A stretch of DNA of 64,000 nt from an uncultured Thermoplasmata archaeon (GTDB taxonomy: Archaea > Thermoplasmatota > Thermoplasmata > Lutacidiplasmatales > UBA184): positions 1,343,009 through 1,407,008 of the forward strand of contig CAVTJV010000007.1 of NCBI GenBank assembly GCA_963735185.1, read 5' to 3'. Both the position numbers and the translations under genes were made by a program. Below, in pieces: positions 27,686 through 37,184 of this stretch; positions within the stretch are counted from its first letter, which is position 1, and every line of letters begins with the position of its first letter. The notes beneath the pieces were generated by a model. The model made no database searches, had not been told where the DNA came from, and saw only the letters and a list, made by a program, of their open reading frames with translations.

Positions 27686-30337
27686 ATGGCACGAACCCCC
27701 GCTATGGAATCCCGTACCGACCCGGCCAAAGCTCCCGGATCCCCGCCGGGGTCGAAGCCCGATGCAAAGGAAGACTTGAAATCCCTGCCCCTGGCAGAGG
27801 TGGAAAAGAGATTGGGGTCGTCCCCGGCTGGCCTCAGCCAGGCAGAGGCGACGAAACGGTTGACCCAATACGGGCCCAACGAGATCGAAGAAGAGAAGGT
27901 CAATCCGCTCCGGAAATTCCTCGCCTATTTCTGGGGTCCCATCCCGTGGATGATCGAGGCCGCGGTGATCCTTTCGGCGGTCGCCGGGAATTGGCTCGAC
28001 TTCGGCATTATCCTCCTACTTCTGCTGGCTAACGCGAGCGTCGGATTCTGGGAAGAACACCAGGCGGGCGACATCATCGCGGCCCTCAAGGCCACGCTGG
28101 CGGTCAAGACCCGGGTAAAGCGCGACGGGAAGTGGATCACACCGGCAGCGCGGGAGTTGGTGCCGGGGGATGTCATCCGCGTCCGCCTCGGAGATATCGT
28201 GCCGGCGGATGCACGCTTGCTGACGGGCGACCCGGTGGAGGTGGACCAGTCCGCCCTGACGGGGGAGTCGTTGCCGGTCACGCGCAAGCCGGGAGAGGCG
28301 GTGTTTTCCGGCTCGATCATTCGTCAGGGAGAGATTGACGCCCTGGTCTACGCGACAGGCACGAAGACGTATTTCGGCAAGACCGCGCAACTGGTCCAGG
28401 AAGCGCACACCAAGAGCCACTTTCAGCGCGCGGTGCTCAAGATCGGCAATTACCTGATCATCCTCGCGGTGGTTCTGGTCTCGGCTGTCACCGTCATCTC
28501 GATCTTCCGCGGCAACCCGATCCTTACCACAACACAGTTCGCTTTGGTGTTGACCGTCGCCGCGATCCCCGTTGCGATGCCCACGGTGCTGTCCGTGACG
28601 ATGGCGATCGGCGCGCGCATGCTGGGCAAGAAGCAGGCGATCGTGACCCACTTGGCGGCCACCGAGGAATTGGCAGGTGCGGACGTGCTGTGCGCGGACA
28701 AGACCGGCACCTTGACCCAGAACAAGCTGACGCTCGGCGATCCGTTCACCGTGAACAATGTCCCCGCCGAGCAAGTGATCCTCACGGCCGCGCTGGCGTC
28801 GCGCGCGGAGGATAACGACACCATCGACTTGGCCGTGCTGAGCGGCTTGAAGAATGACCAGGCCTCCAAAGGCTACCAGGTCGTTCATTTTCAGCCATTC
28901 GACCCGGTGCACAAGCGCACCGAGGCCACCGTCAAAGGGCCGGATGGGAAGGAATTCAAGGCGACGAAGGGCGCGCCGCAGGTCATCTTGGGGTTGGCTG
29001 CCAATGCTGGGCAAGTAAAGCCGACCGTGGAGAAGGCGGTCGACGAATTCGCGGCCCGCGGCTTTCGTTCGCTGGGCGTGGCCCGGGCCGAGGGGAGTGG
29101 CCCATGGCAGTTTCTGGGCGTGCTGCCCCTGTTCGACCCGCCGCGAGACGATGCCAAGGCGACCATCGCGACCGCGCGCGAGATGGGGGTGCCGGTCAAA
29201 ATGGTCACCGGAGACCAACTGGCGATCGCTCGGGAAACCGCTCGGAGATTGGGGATGGGAACCAACATCCTCGATGCGAGTGGCTTCGGCGACATGAAGC
29301 AACCGGCCTCGGCGCAGCTAGCGGCGTCCATCGAGAACGCGGACGGGTTCGCTCAGGTGTTTCCCGAGCACAAGTTCCACATTGTCGATGTCCTGCAGCA
29401 GCGCGGCCACATCGTGGGCATGACGGGCGACGGGGTGAACGACGCGCCGGCACTCAAGAAAGCCGACTGCGGCATCGCCGTTTCAAACGCCACCGACGCG
29501 GCGCGCGCGGCGGCGGCCATCGTGCTGATGGCACCCGGCCTCTCGGTGATCATTGACGCGATCAAGGAGAGTCGAAAGATCATCCAGCGGATGAGAAGCT
29601 ACTCGATCTACCGCATCGCTGAGACGCTGCGCGTATTGTTGTTCATCTCGCTAGCGATCGTGATCTTCAATTTCTTTCCGGTAACGGCGGTCATGATCGT
29701 GATTCTAGCCTTGCTCAATGACACCGCCATGCTGTCCATTGCGTATGACAACGTTCTGCCAGCAGACCGGCCCGAGGGCTGGAACATGCGTCAGGTCCTG
29801 CGGATCGCCACCGTACTGGGTGTCGTAGGCCCCGTAGCGGCGTTCGGTCTGTTCTACATGGGCGACCGCGTCCTCGCCCTCAGCCATCCGCAACTCCAGA
29901 CCCTGATGTTCCTGATGTTATGCGTAGCCGGACACATGACGATCTTCCTGGCACGCACGCACGGCCCGTTCTGGTCCGTACGTCCGGCCCGAATCCTGGT
30001 GGTGGCCGTGTTCGGCGCGCAAGCGGTAGCGATGCTGATGGCAGTTTATGGGGTATTTATGGCGCCGCTCGGCTGGGGCTTGGCGTTGTTCGTCTGGGGG
30101 TACGCTATGGCGTGGTTCCTCCTGACAGACCGTCTAAAACTGGTCGCGTATCGCTTCATCGATCCACCCAAGGGCAAGCCCGAGTCCGCCAAGGTCAAGC
30201 CATCGTCGGATCTGACACCCCAGGTCGCGATTCGAGCGTACGAGCTCTATGAACGCAAGGGCCGCAGGGAGGGCCATGCGAATCAAGACTGGTTGGAAGC
30301 GGAGCGGGAGGTCCGGAATGAAGATCTGCCCGGATGA
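27686..30337 (+). CDS. P-type ATPase, type IIIA plasma-membrane H+-ATPase-like, with a DUF2934-like C-terminal tail
   Basis: CADKTGTLTQNKLT, MVTGDQLAIARETARRLGMGTN and GMTGDGVNDAPALKKADCGIAV. The tail AYELYERKGRREGHANQDWLEAEREV resembles DUF2934. Confidence 0.85.
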   Translation: MARTPAMESRTDPAKAPGSPPGSKPDAKEDLKSLPLAEVEKRLGSSPAGLSQAEATKRLTQYGPNEIEEEKVNPLRKFLAYFWGPIPWMIEAAVILSAVAGNWLDFGIILLLLLANASVGFWEEHQAGDIIAALKATLAVKTRVKRDGKWITPAARELVPGDVIRVRLGDIVPADARLLTGDPVEVDQSALTGESLPVTRKPGEAVFSGSIIRQGEIDALVYATGTKTYFGKTAQLVQEAHTKSHFQRAVLKIGNYLIILAVVLVSAVTVISIFRGNPILTTTQFALVLTVAAIPVAMPTVLSVTMAIGARMLGKKQAIVTHLAATEELAGADVLCADKTGTLTQNKLTLGDPFTVNNVPAEQVILTAALASRAEDNDTIDLAVLSGLKNDQASKGYQVVHFQPFDPVHKRTEATVKGPDGKEFKATKGAPQVILGLAANAGQVKPTVEKAVDEFAARGFRSLGVARAEGSGPWQFLGVLPLFDPPRDDAKATIATAREMGVPVKMVTGDQLAIARETARRLGMGTNILDASGFGDMKQPASAQLAASIENADGFAQVFPEHKFHIVDVLQQRGHIVGMTGDGVNDAPALKKADCGIAVSNATDAARAAAAIVLMAPGLSVIIDAIKESRKIIQRMRSYSIYRIAETLRVLLFISLAIVIFNFFPVTAVMIVILALLNDTAMLSIAYDNVLPADRPEGWNMRQVLRIATVLGVVGPVAAFGLFYMGDRVLALSHPQLQTLMFLMLCVAGHMTIFLARTHGPFWSVRPARILVVAVFGAQAVAMLMAVYGVFMAPLGWGLALFVWGYAMAWFLLTDRLKLVAYRFIDPPKGKPESAKVKPSSDLTPQVAIRAYELYERKGRREGHANQDWLEAEREVRNEDLPG

Positions 30338-30379
30338 ACCGCCGTGGCCCTACCAGTCCGGACCACCGAGGGAAAGAAA

Positions 30380-31249
30380 ATGAAGATCCGTTCCAAGGAT
30401 TTCCGAGTCCGCGAGGGCGACCAAGTTAACCTTCGGAAGTGGCCGACCACCGTCGAGGCCGTCGCCAAGTCGAAGGAAGAGTATCAAGGTCTGCTGGAAC
30501 GGCACATTCGAAAACTGAACTCGTTGCAGGAGCGGCTCTATGCTTCCGACCGGTACGCCGTCCTGATGATTTTCCAGGGGATGGACGCGGCCGGAAAAGA
30601 TGGGGCCATCAAGCATGTGATGTCGGGTGTGAATCCGGAAGGCTGCCAGGTGTTCAGCTTCAAACAGCCTACCCCCACGGAATTGAGACACGACTTCTTC
30701 TGGCGAACGTATCGTGACCTACCCGAACGTGGGCAGATCGGCATCTTCAACCGGTCCTACTACGAGGACGTGCTGGTCGTCCGTGTGCATCCCGAAGACC
30801 TCCGCAACGAAGGAATCCCGAGCGTACCGCAGGACGACGAACTGGTCTGGAAAGCCCGCTATCGTGCCATCGCGGAGATGGAGAGACACCTCCATGATAG
30901 TGGCACCCGCATCATCAAGTTCTATCTCCACCTCTCCAAGGAGGAACAGCGGAAGCGCTTTCTGGATCGCATCGACGATCCGTCGAAGAACTGGAAGATC
31001 ACCACGGCGGACATCGAGGAACGAGAATTCTGGAAACGCTACATGAAAGCCTTTGAGGAATGCCTCAGCGCCACCTCGACGAAAGAAGCCCCGTGGTATG
31101 TCGTTCCCGCCGACGACAAGGACTCTGCTCGGTTGATCGTATCCCAGATTGTCCTCGACACGCTGGAAGGGCTCAAGTTGACCTACCCCGAAACGACAAA
31201 GGAGCACCAGCACGAATTGCAGTCGATCCGTAAGCGGCTCGCGAAGTGA
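30380..31249 (+). CDS. ppk2: Polyphosphate kinase 2 family protein
   Basis: Walker [29 protein letters not shown], and a lid region. ATG at 30380 preceded by GAGGGAAAGAAA. Confidence 0.85.
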   Translation: MKIRSKDFRVREGDQVNLRKWPTTVEAVAKSKEEYQGLLERHIRKLNSLQERLYASDRYAVLMIFQGMDAAGKDGAIKHVMSGVNPEGCQVFSFKQPTPTELRHDFFWRTYRDLPERGQIGIFNRSYYEDVLVVRVHPEDLRNEGIPSVPQDDELVWKARYRAIAEMERHLHDSGTRIIKFYLHLSKEEQRKRFLDRIDDPSKNWKITTADIEEREFWKRYMKAFEECLSATSTKEAPWYVVPADDKDSARLIVSQIVLDTLEGLKLTYPETTKEHQHELQSIRKRLAK

Positions 31250-31329
31250 AATCTTGGTCGCTCCTCGTGGTCGGTCATCGACCGTACGGACCGTTCATCA
31301 AGCTCGCCGCCCGAGGTTCGAGTCGCCGC

Positions 31330-31971
31330 TCAACCGGCGAATGGCAGAAGCGAGGGGAAGACCGAGAAGAGAAGCGTAAGCAGGCCCACCGTGATCAGCA
31401 GCCCGCCTAGGACCACTCGGAGGCGCTCCTCCGGAACGTGTTCGTGAAGGTATCCTGCCCCCCTGGATGAGACCGCCGTTATCATGACCAACGCCGCCGT
31501 CGCCGCGACGAATACGAGGACGACGTTGCCCGTCGAGGCCACGAACAAGATGGCCAGGATCTGGGTGTTGTCTCCCATCTCGAGCAGGAACGCGAGCCCG
31601 AGGGCGACGGTTCGAACCTGTCGTGCGGTGCGGGCTACGGCGGGCGTCCCCTCGCCCGGCTCGTGAACCGGGCCGGGAACCCTCAGAATCTCGCGAAGGC
31701 CGAACGCGATCAGGACCAGTCCCCCGACAACCTTCACCCAGAGGAGGTACGGGCCGAGGACGGTCTCGGCGCCATAACCGAGGGTGACCGATACTACGGT
31801 CGCCGCCCCGAGGCCGACGGACGCCCCGATGAAGACGTCCCGATGCGGGTGGCGCGTCGCGAGAGTGATGACACCGAAGTTCGATTTCCCGGGGAGCTGG
31901 AGTATTGCAACCACTGCGAAGACCACGATTCCCTCGATCAGTGGATTCGCGTCCAAGAATCCCGCCGCCAC
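31330..31971 (-). CDS. UPF0016 (GDT1/TMEM165) family cation transporter
   Basis: Two E-x-G-D-(K/N)-(T/S) type repeats (LPGKSNFGVITLA; LLEMGDNTQILAILF) and about 6 TM segments. Confidence 0.7.
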   Translation of the reverse strand: MAAGFLDANPLIEGIVVFAVVAILQLPGKSNFGVITLATRHPHRDVFIGASVGLGAATVVSVTLGYGAETVLGPYLLWVKVVGGLVLIAFGLREILRVPGPVHEPGEGTPAVARTARQVRTVALGLAFLLEMGDNTQILAILFVASTGNVVLVFVAATAALVMITAVSSRGAGYLHEHVPEERLRVVLGGLLITVGLLTLLFSVFPSLLPFAG

Positions 31972-32346
31972 CGGTTAGGCCGCCGCAGGGATGACTGCTT
32001 CGTCGGGGGACGCGAGAAGATCCCGCCCATAGTCGGTCCCGTACCCGTCCCAAACGGGCTCGTTTCCCAGCGAGAGGCTATCGCAGGGACCTCTCGGACC
32101 GACTTGAAACGACGGGGTCGCGTAACGGGGGAGATTCCTTACCCGGGAGCGCATGTCGGCCTTCGATTGTGTTCTTTGGGCACTGGTATAGAATCCGAAG
32201 ATGCGTTCCAGGCGTGGCCCCGGCATGAACTTCTTTCCAGTGGCCCCCTCGGCCACCCCCTCTCCCACGGGCTCCCTTTGCGATACTGAGGTCGCTGGTG
32301 GTATCCTCATGAGCCGACCGGCGGTGCGGTCCTCCGAGGACCAATC

Positions 32347-32826
32347 ATGAAGTGGGTGACTCGAGAGAAGGCTCGGGTGGACCGGATTGCCTGTCCATGG
32401 CTAATCCGGAAGTTCATCGACCCTCATGCGGAGTTTCTCTATGTCCCGAAGGAGAAGGTGACCGAGGTGGCCAAGAGAGAGCGAGCCACCCCGTTCGACA
32501 CACCCGGAGCGGAGCTCCACCACTACGAGGAAGAGGGAATGGAGTACGTGAGCTTTGACGCGATCATCCGAAAGTACAAGCTGACGGACCCGGCTCTGCT
32601 CGAGCTCGCGAAGATCGTGCGTGTTGCCGACGGCGGTTCCGGCCGGGAACCGGAGGCAGCCGGGCTCGAAGCGGCCGCGACAGGATTCCGGTTGCTAGCG
32701 AAGGACGACTTGGAGAACCAACGTCTCCAGTTCCCTCTCTACGACGCACTCTACACCTATTGTAAGTGGAAGGTCGAGCAGGGAGGGAAGCTCGACCACA
32801 CCGGCGGTAGTTCTCCTTCGCGGTAG
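32347..32826 (+). CDS. Chromate-resistance ChrB C-terminal domain-like protein
   Basis: WVTREKARVDRIACPWLIRKFIDPHAEFLYVP and FDAIIRKY are characteristic of the Chrome_Resist domain. Confidence 0.7.
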   Translation: MKWVTREKARVDRIACPWLIRKFIDPHAEFLYVPKEKVTEVAKRERATPFDTPGAELHHYEEEGMEYVSFDAIIRKYKLTDPALLELAKIVRVADGGSGREPEAAGLEAAATGFRLLAKDDLENQRLQFPLYDALYTYCKWKVEQGGKLDHTGGSSPSR

Positions 32827-32901
32827 CGGGCCGGGCCGAACGCATTCGGTGGTCGCTCGTCCACACCGAGGAACGCAAGGATAAGCTCGGTCGCGGACAC
32901 G

Positions 32902-34197
32902 ATGAGGGCAGCCGTTTCGTTCGATTCGCGGGCGTTCTCGGCGCGACGCGACCGCGTGCTGCTGATGGGCACCCGGACCGCTCGGGGCTTCGGCGCTGGC
33001 GCACTCTCGATCGTCATCGCTCTCGACCTCGCGGGAACGGGTTACTCGTCGTTCTACATCGGGATCATTCTCGGTCTCGCCCTCGGCGGAGCAGCGGCCT
33101 GGGCCATCGCGGTGCCGCGAATCGAGCTGCGTTGGCGTCGTCGGTCGGTATTCGTGTTGTCGGCGGTTGCGCTCGCCGTCGGCGGCGGGCTCCTCTGGGT
33201 CGACATCGCGAATCCGGCGATCCTGCTCGCGGCTCTCCTTCTGGGCGGAATTGTTGCCGGAGGGGCCGATGTGAGCCCCCTCGGGGCCCTCGAACAGGCC
33301 GCTCTATCTGGCACGACAGAGGACCGGGCGCGAACCCAGACGTACGCGGTCTACAATCTGTTGGGGTACGTGGGGGTCGCGCTTGGCGCGCTCGCCGCCG
33401 GTCCGCTCTACGGATTGAGCCCTCCGACGTTCGCGGGTCTCCCTGCGGGTCCGCACGACGCGACGCTCCTCTTCTACGGTCTCCTCGGTCTCGCTCTAAT
33501 CCCTGCCTATCGGAGTCTTTCGAGCGACGTGGATCGCCAGGCGGGCGGCGAGCGGCCGTCTCCGCTCTCGCCGGCGAGTCGATCGATCGTCTACTCTCTC
33601 TCGGCGTTGTTCTCCGTCGACGCGTTCGCCGGGGGGCTTATCGTGAACAGCCTCGTCGTCTACTATTTCTCGGCCCAGTTCCACCCCGGGGTCGACGTAC
33701 TCGGGTTTGTCTTCTTTCTGAGCAATCTCGCCGCTGGGCTCTCGCTCGTCCTTGCAGCGCCGCTGGCCCGACGGTTTGGCCTCGTCAACACCATGGTCTT
33801 CAGCCACATTCCGTCGAACATCTTCCTGATCCTAGTGGTCTTCGCTCCGTCCTTTCTGATTGCGTCGTTCCTCTGGGTGGCGCGCGCAACCCTCTCCCAG
33901 ATGGACGTGCCCACCCGGCAGTCGTACATGCAAGCGGTGGTGCCGCCGGAGGACCGTGCTGCCGCGGCGGGCTACACTACCGCGGCCCGGAGCTGTCAGG
34001 CATTCGGCGCCCCCGTGACCGGATCATTCCTCGCGGCCGGCGGGCCGTGGGTCGCCGCCCCTTTCGCGCTCGCCGGATGCGTGAAGATCGGCTACGATCT
34101 CGCTGTCTACTCTCGTTTCCGCCGGCTGCGACCGCCCGAGGAGATCGTCGGCCATGCCGAGGCTCCAGTCCCATCCCGGGAGCCGAATCGACCGTGA
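32902..34197 (+). CDS. MFS transporter
   Basis: About 12 TM segments with MFS-like loop composition. Confidence 0.65.
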   Translation: MRAAVSFDSRAFSARRDRVLLMGTRTARGFGAGALSIVIALDLAGTGYSSFYIGIILGLALGGAAAWAIAVPRIELRWRRRSVFVLSAVALAVGGGLLWVDIANPAILLAALLLGGIVAGGADVSPLGALEQAALSGTTEDRARTQTYAVYNLLGYVGVALGALAAGPLYGLSPPTFAGLPAGPHDATLLFYGLLGLALIPAYRSLSSDVDRQAGGERPSPLSPASRSIVYSLSALFSVDAFAGGLIVNSLVVYYFSAQFHPGVDVLGFVFFLSNLAAGLSLVLAAPLARRFGLVNTMVFSHIPSNIFLILVVFAPSFLIASFLWVARATLSQMDVPTRQSYMQAVVPPEDRAAAAGYTTAARSCQAFGAPVTGSFLAAGGPWVAAPFALAGCVKIGYDLAVYSRFRRLRPPEEIVGHAEAPVPSREPNRP

Positions 34198-34325
34198 CGT
34201 GCGTCCCGTAATCTCGGAGCTGGGTGCGCTCCTGGCGGTCGGTCACCCCCGTTGGTACGGAATCGGAGGATAGGCTGTGGAATACCGCCGGAACTACCCG
34301 CAACGGGCCGGTGAACCCGAACGGA

Positions 34326-34786
34326 TCATACGTACTGCTTGTCGGTGAAGCAGTAGTACCGCCCGTACTGAGCGACGTAGGTGGTTGGGTTCCCGCACTT
34401 GGGGCAGCTCGGACCGGCGGCGGGGGCGGAGGAGGGGCCGCCATGGCCGCCGGAGCCGGCGCTACAGGTGCAACGTACGCGACAACCGGGCGCGGCCGAG
34501 CCTTGAACTTGGGCCAGATCGCGTGGAAGCCCCACCCACCCATCGCGATGAGGATTCCGAACCCGGTGAGGACGAAAAACGCCTCCAGGTCATTCACGTA
34601 GTTCTGAACATTCCCCTGGTTCGTGGCAGACGTCCCAATGTTGGACGCAGCTAGCCCACCGAAGATGAATCCGAGGAAGATGATTATCGCCCCGATTCCG
34701 ACGATGACTTGGCCAAGCGTGATCCAACCGGGCAACGTCACCGGAGTGGCGGTAGGTTCTGCCATGGGAACGGCGATAACTTCCAC
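34326..34786 (-). pseudogene. Two-TM membrane protein with poly-Pro linker and C-terminal zinc ribbon; apparent single-base frame break (paralog A1)
   Basis: Frame 1 reads MAEPTATPV...VGIGAIIIFLGFIFGG...DLEAFFVLTGFGILIAMGGWGF...AAPPPPPPP. The next frame reads ...GPSCPKCGNPTTYVAQYGRYYCFTDKQYV*, stopping at 34326. The break lies within 34416-34445 (G5/G4 runs). Frame 1 alone would overlap the convergent MFS gene by 220 nt. Confidence 0.55.
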
Positions 34787-35044
34787 CTATAGGAACATGC
34801 TTGTCCGGGACCGTCGGCGGAAGGACTGGGTTTCAGTCTAGGATTGGCCCTCGGCTCTCGTCGCCTGGGCGCAATATCTGTTGCGCCTAGAGACCAGACC
34901 CGGGAGCAACAATCGTCGCACTCGGAACAAAGGCCCCCTCAACGATCGGCGATCGTGCGTCGCACGAAGAGGAAGGTGCCTCCGATACACCTTGGGCCCA
35001 CAGCCCCATGCTGTGGCTATGGGGACTGAGGGGGATTGGTGCGC

Positions 35045-35350
35045 TCACCTTCCGGGCGTGTTGGGCTTTCGCCTCAGGGTTCTCCTTTCGGACTCCAGGA
35101 CCTGCTTCAACCCATTAACATTCTCTCGAAGGTACACGAGATCCGAATGGAACATTGTCACGCCCTTGGTCAACCGAGCGGAACCTTGCGACTTCAACTG
35201 TAGTTCCAGCTCCCTCACGTGCCGTAGGAGTGGTTCAACCCTGAGCTTGATCCAATCCGTATTGGAATGGATCTCGGAGAACTCAACCTTGAGTTTCTCA
35301 AGAGCCTTCCTCTGCGTGGGAATATCGGACTTGTAGACCCTATCTACCAT
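35045..35350 (-). CDS. Small alpha-helical hypothetical protein (paralog B1, 101 aa)
   Basis: About 65-70% identical by eye to the product of 43929..44243 (MVDRVYKxDIPxQRKA...HSDLxYLRENVNGLK). The upstream leader is also conserved between the two loci. Confidence 0.65.
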   Translation of the reverse strand: MVDRVYKSDIPTQRKALEKLKVEFSEIHSNTDWIKLRVEPLLRHVRELELQLKSQGSARLTKGVTMFHSDLVYLRENVNGLKQVLESERRTLRRKPNTPGR

Positions 35351-35527
35351 CGAGTTCGCCCCGGCCCCTCATCCATCAGCTTCAACTTAACCTGACCTGC
35401 TCGAATACGTCGACGTAACCCGGCTGACGGCCTTCTCACGAGGCTAAGCGTGGCTGGTTACAGGGGCCTGGTGCCCTTACGCGCTCCGTAGCTCGTGCCG
35501 GGCGCGATCTCGGCGGTGGGCACAACG

Positions 35528-35767
35528 TTAGATCGAGCACGTCCACGTCGTCGTCACGTTCACGGTCTCGCACGTGCCCGGCGGGTAAGATGAGATTGGG
35601 CTTGGGCTGAACGCGATCGGAAACGCTTGGGAGACGAAGCTAGCGTTCCCACTCGTTCCAAGCTCATCGAAGACACTAGGGTCGTAAGGACCATTTGCTG
35701 TGTAGTAGACCGTCGCACTCGCCGTCCAGTGCACATTCGCCGAAGCCCACAGGGGAAAGACGTGCAC
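35528..35767 (-). CDS. Short beta-rich ORF, possibly a separate gene or a broken C-terminal domain of the upstream DUF3494 protein
   Basis: HVFPLWASANVHWTASATVYYTANGPYDP...TCETVNVTTTWTCSI has secreted-domain-like composition. The start is undefined. Confidence 0.3.
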   Translation of the reverse strand: MHVFPLWASANVHWTASATVYYTANGPYDPSVFDELGTSGNASFVSQAFPIAFSPSPISSYPPGTCETVNVTTTWTCSI

Positions 35768-35885
35768 GGCGACCCGTGGGTGGTTCGACCCGAAGGGGTT
35801 GCCGGAAAGGTCCCACCCGCGCCGCGAAGTTCGGCGGAAGGATCCTTTCCGGTGCTCTCGTTCCGATGCTGGCGGATGTGCGCAA

Positions 35886-36757
35886 TTACGGAGCGAACCT
35901 CGCGATGACCGGCGCGGGCGTGAAGGTCGGAGCGGTCGCGGAGACGGGCGACATCAAAGCGACAACGGCCGCAACCGTGTTTCCCTCAAAGGTCACCGCT
36001 CCGAGGTGGGCCAGCGCCCGCCCGTGCAATGTCGCCCCGGTCGCCAGCGAGATCGACTTGTGCGCGAGAATGTTCCCGTACACGACCGACGTCGACCCGA
36101 GGGTTGCCGAGCTGCCCACAACCCAATAGATGTTGCTCGCCAGAGCTCCCCGGCGAGAACGACGTGACGGCCCGAGGTCACGGTGAACTTGGACACGATC
36201 TGGAAGATGAAGACCCCTTTGCCGGTGAGCGTCAGAGTACCTGAGGAGATGGCGAGAGATGACGTGGAGCGGTAGAGTCCGGGAGTGAGGGTCTTCCCAC
36301 CGATATTCCCCGCGACCTTGGTCGGGCAGTTCGTACGCCCCATGCCATTGTTGTAGGCCGTGACCAGAGCCGCTTGAGCCAGCTTCGCGGCGGCGTTGGC
36401 CTTGTCGATAGTCCCCGTCACCTTCCCCGGCGGGAAACCCGTAACGGCGGAGCCGGGGCTCACTCCGAGATTGCCGTGCACTACGGTGGCGCCGATGTTG
36501 GTGACCGTGGTCCCCGCCAGGACACGGAAGTTCCCGGCAGCTCCGAGTGGAATCGCAGCCTGTGAGTGGCAGGTGGCCGCCGTAGTAGCTGAGGCAAGGC
36601 CATTATCCTGGGTCGCAGCGGCACTCTGGGTCGTCGGGGTGACGCCCGCACTTGTTGACGTGTTGATCGCGCCTTGGGTCAGTCCGACCGCGACTGACAT
36701 CATCAGGACGGCGATTGCGGCGATGGTCGCTAGCGACGCTATCAGTTTTCGGTTCAT
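35886..36757 (-). pseudogene. DUF3494 (ice-binding-protein-like) secreted protein with an apparent single-base frame break
   Basis: Signal MNRKLIASLATIAAIAVLMMSV. LGAAGNFRVLAGTTVTNIG, GNLGVSPGSAVTGFPPG, TLTPGLY and VFIFQ occur in one frame. The next frame carries ASNIYWVVGSSATLGSTSVVYGNILAHKSISLATGATLHGRALA. The break is at the C4 run 36148-36151 (G4 on the coding strand); one extra G restores VVLAGGALASNIYW. Confidence 0.7.
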
Positions 36758-37184
36758 GTTCGTTCCAATGGACCCGTGATGGTTTGAGGGAGAATGGAGG
36801 AACAGCGAAGGGACCTCAAGGGCATGGTAGGAGCGGCAACCCGGAAGGGCATCGTGCTCGCGAAAGTCTGCCGCCGGGGACCGGGCCTCGCCCGCCGGAA
36901 TCGCGGGCTTGCGAGGGGGGAATCCGCGTTCCGCATGCGAACGCGGGTGGAATTACCGCTTTAATTATCGCACCTTAATTCGCATTCAGGAGCGCACGTT
37001 TTCGGACTCTTGTCACCACTGAACCGACCCAAACAGGGGGAGGACGTTGGCAGGCGAGGAGGGATTCGGTCCCCTCACGGGTACGAATACCGCGGCCAGA
37101 AAGTCCGTTTCCCGTCGGTCGAAAGGGCGCTCACGATGCCACACCCAGAATAGGTTCGTATATACGGAGCGAGTCACTCCCTGG

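Noticed and set aside
9547-31300. Genomic island integrated at tRNA-Leu (GC drops right after the tRNA)
   Set aside because: I found no integrase, recombinase or other mobility gene anywhere in the window. I also found no direct repeat of the tRNA-Leu 3' end by eye; the closest, GGATTCGAATGGG at about 54141, is not a match. The lower-GC region is a mosaic (the thermopsin-like gene is high-GC). I keep it only as possible piecemeal HGT.
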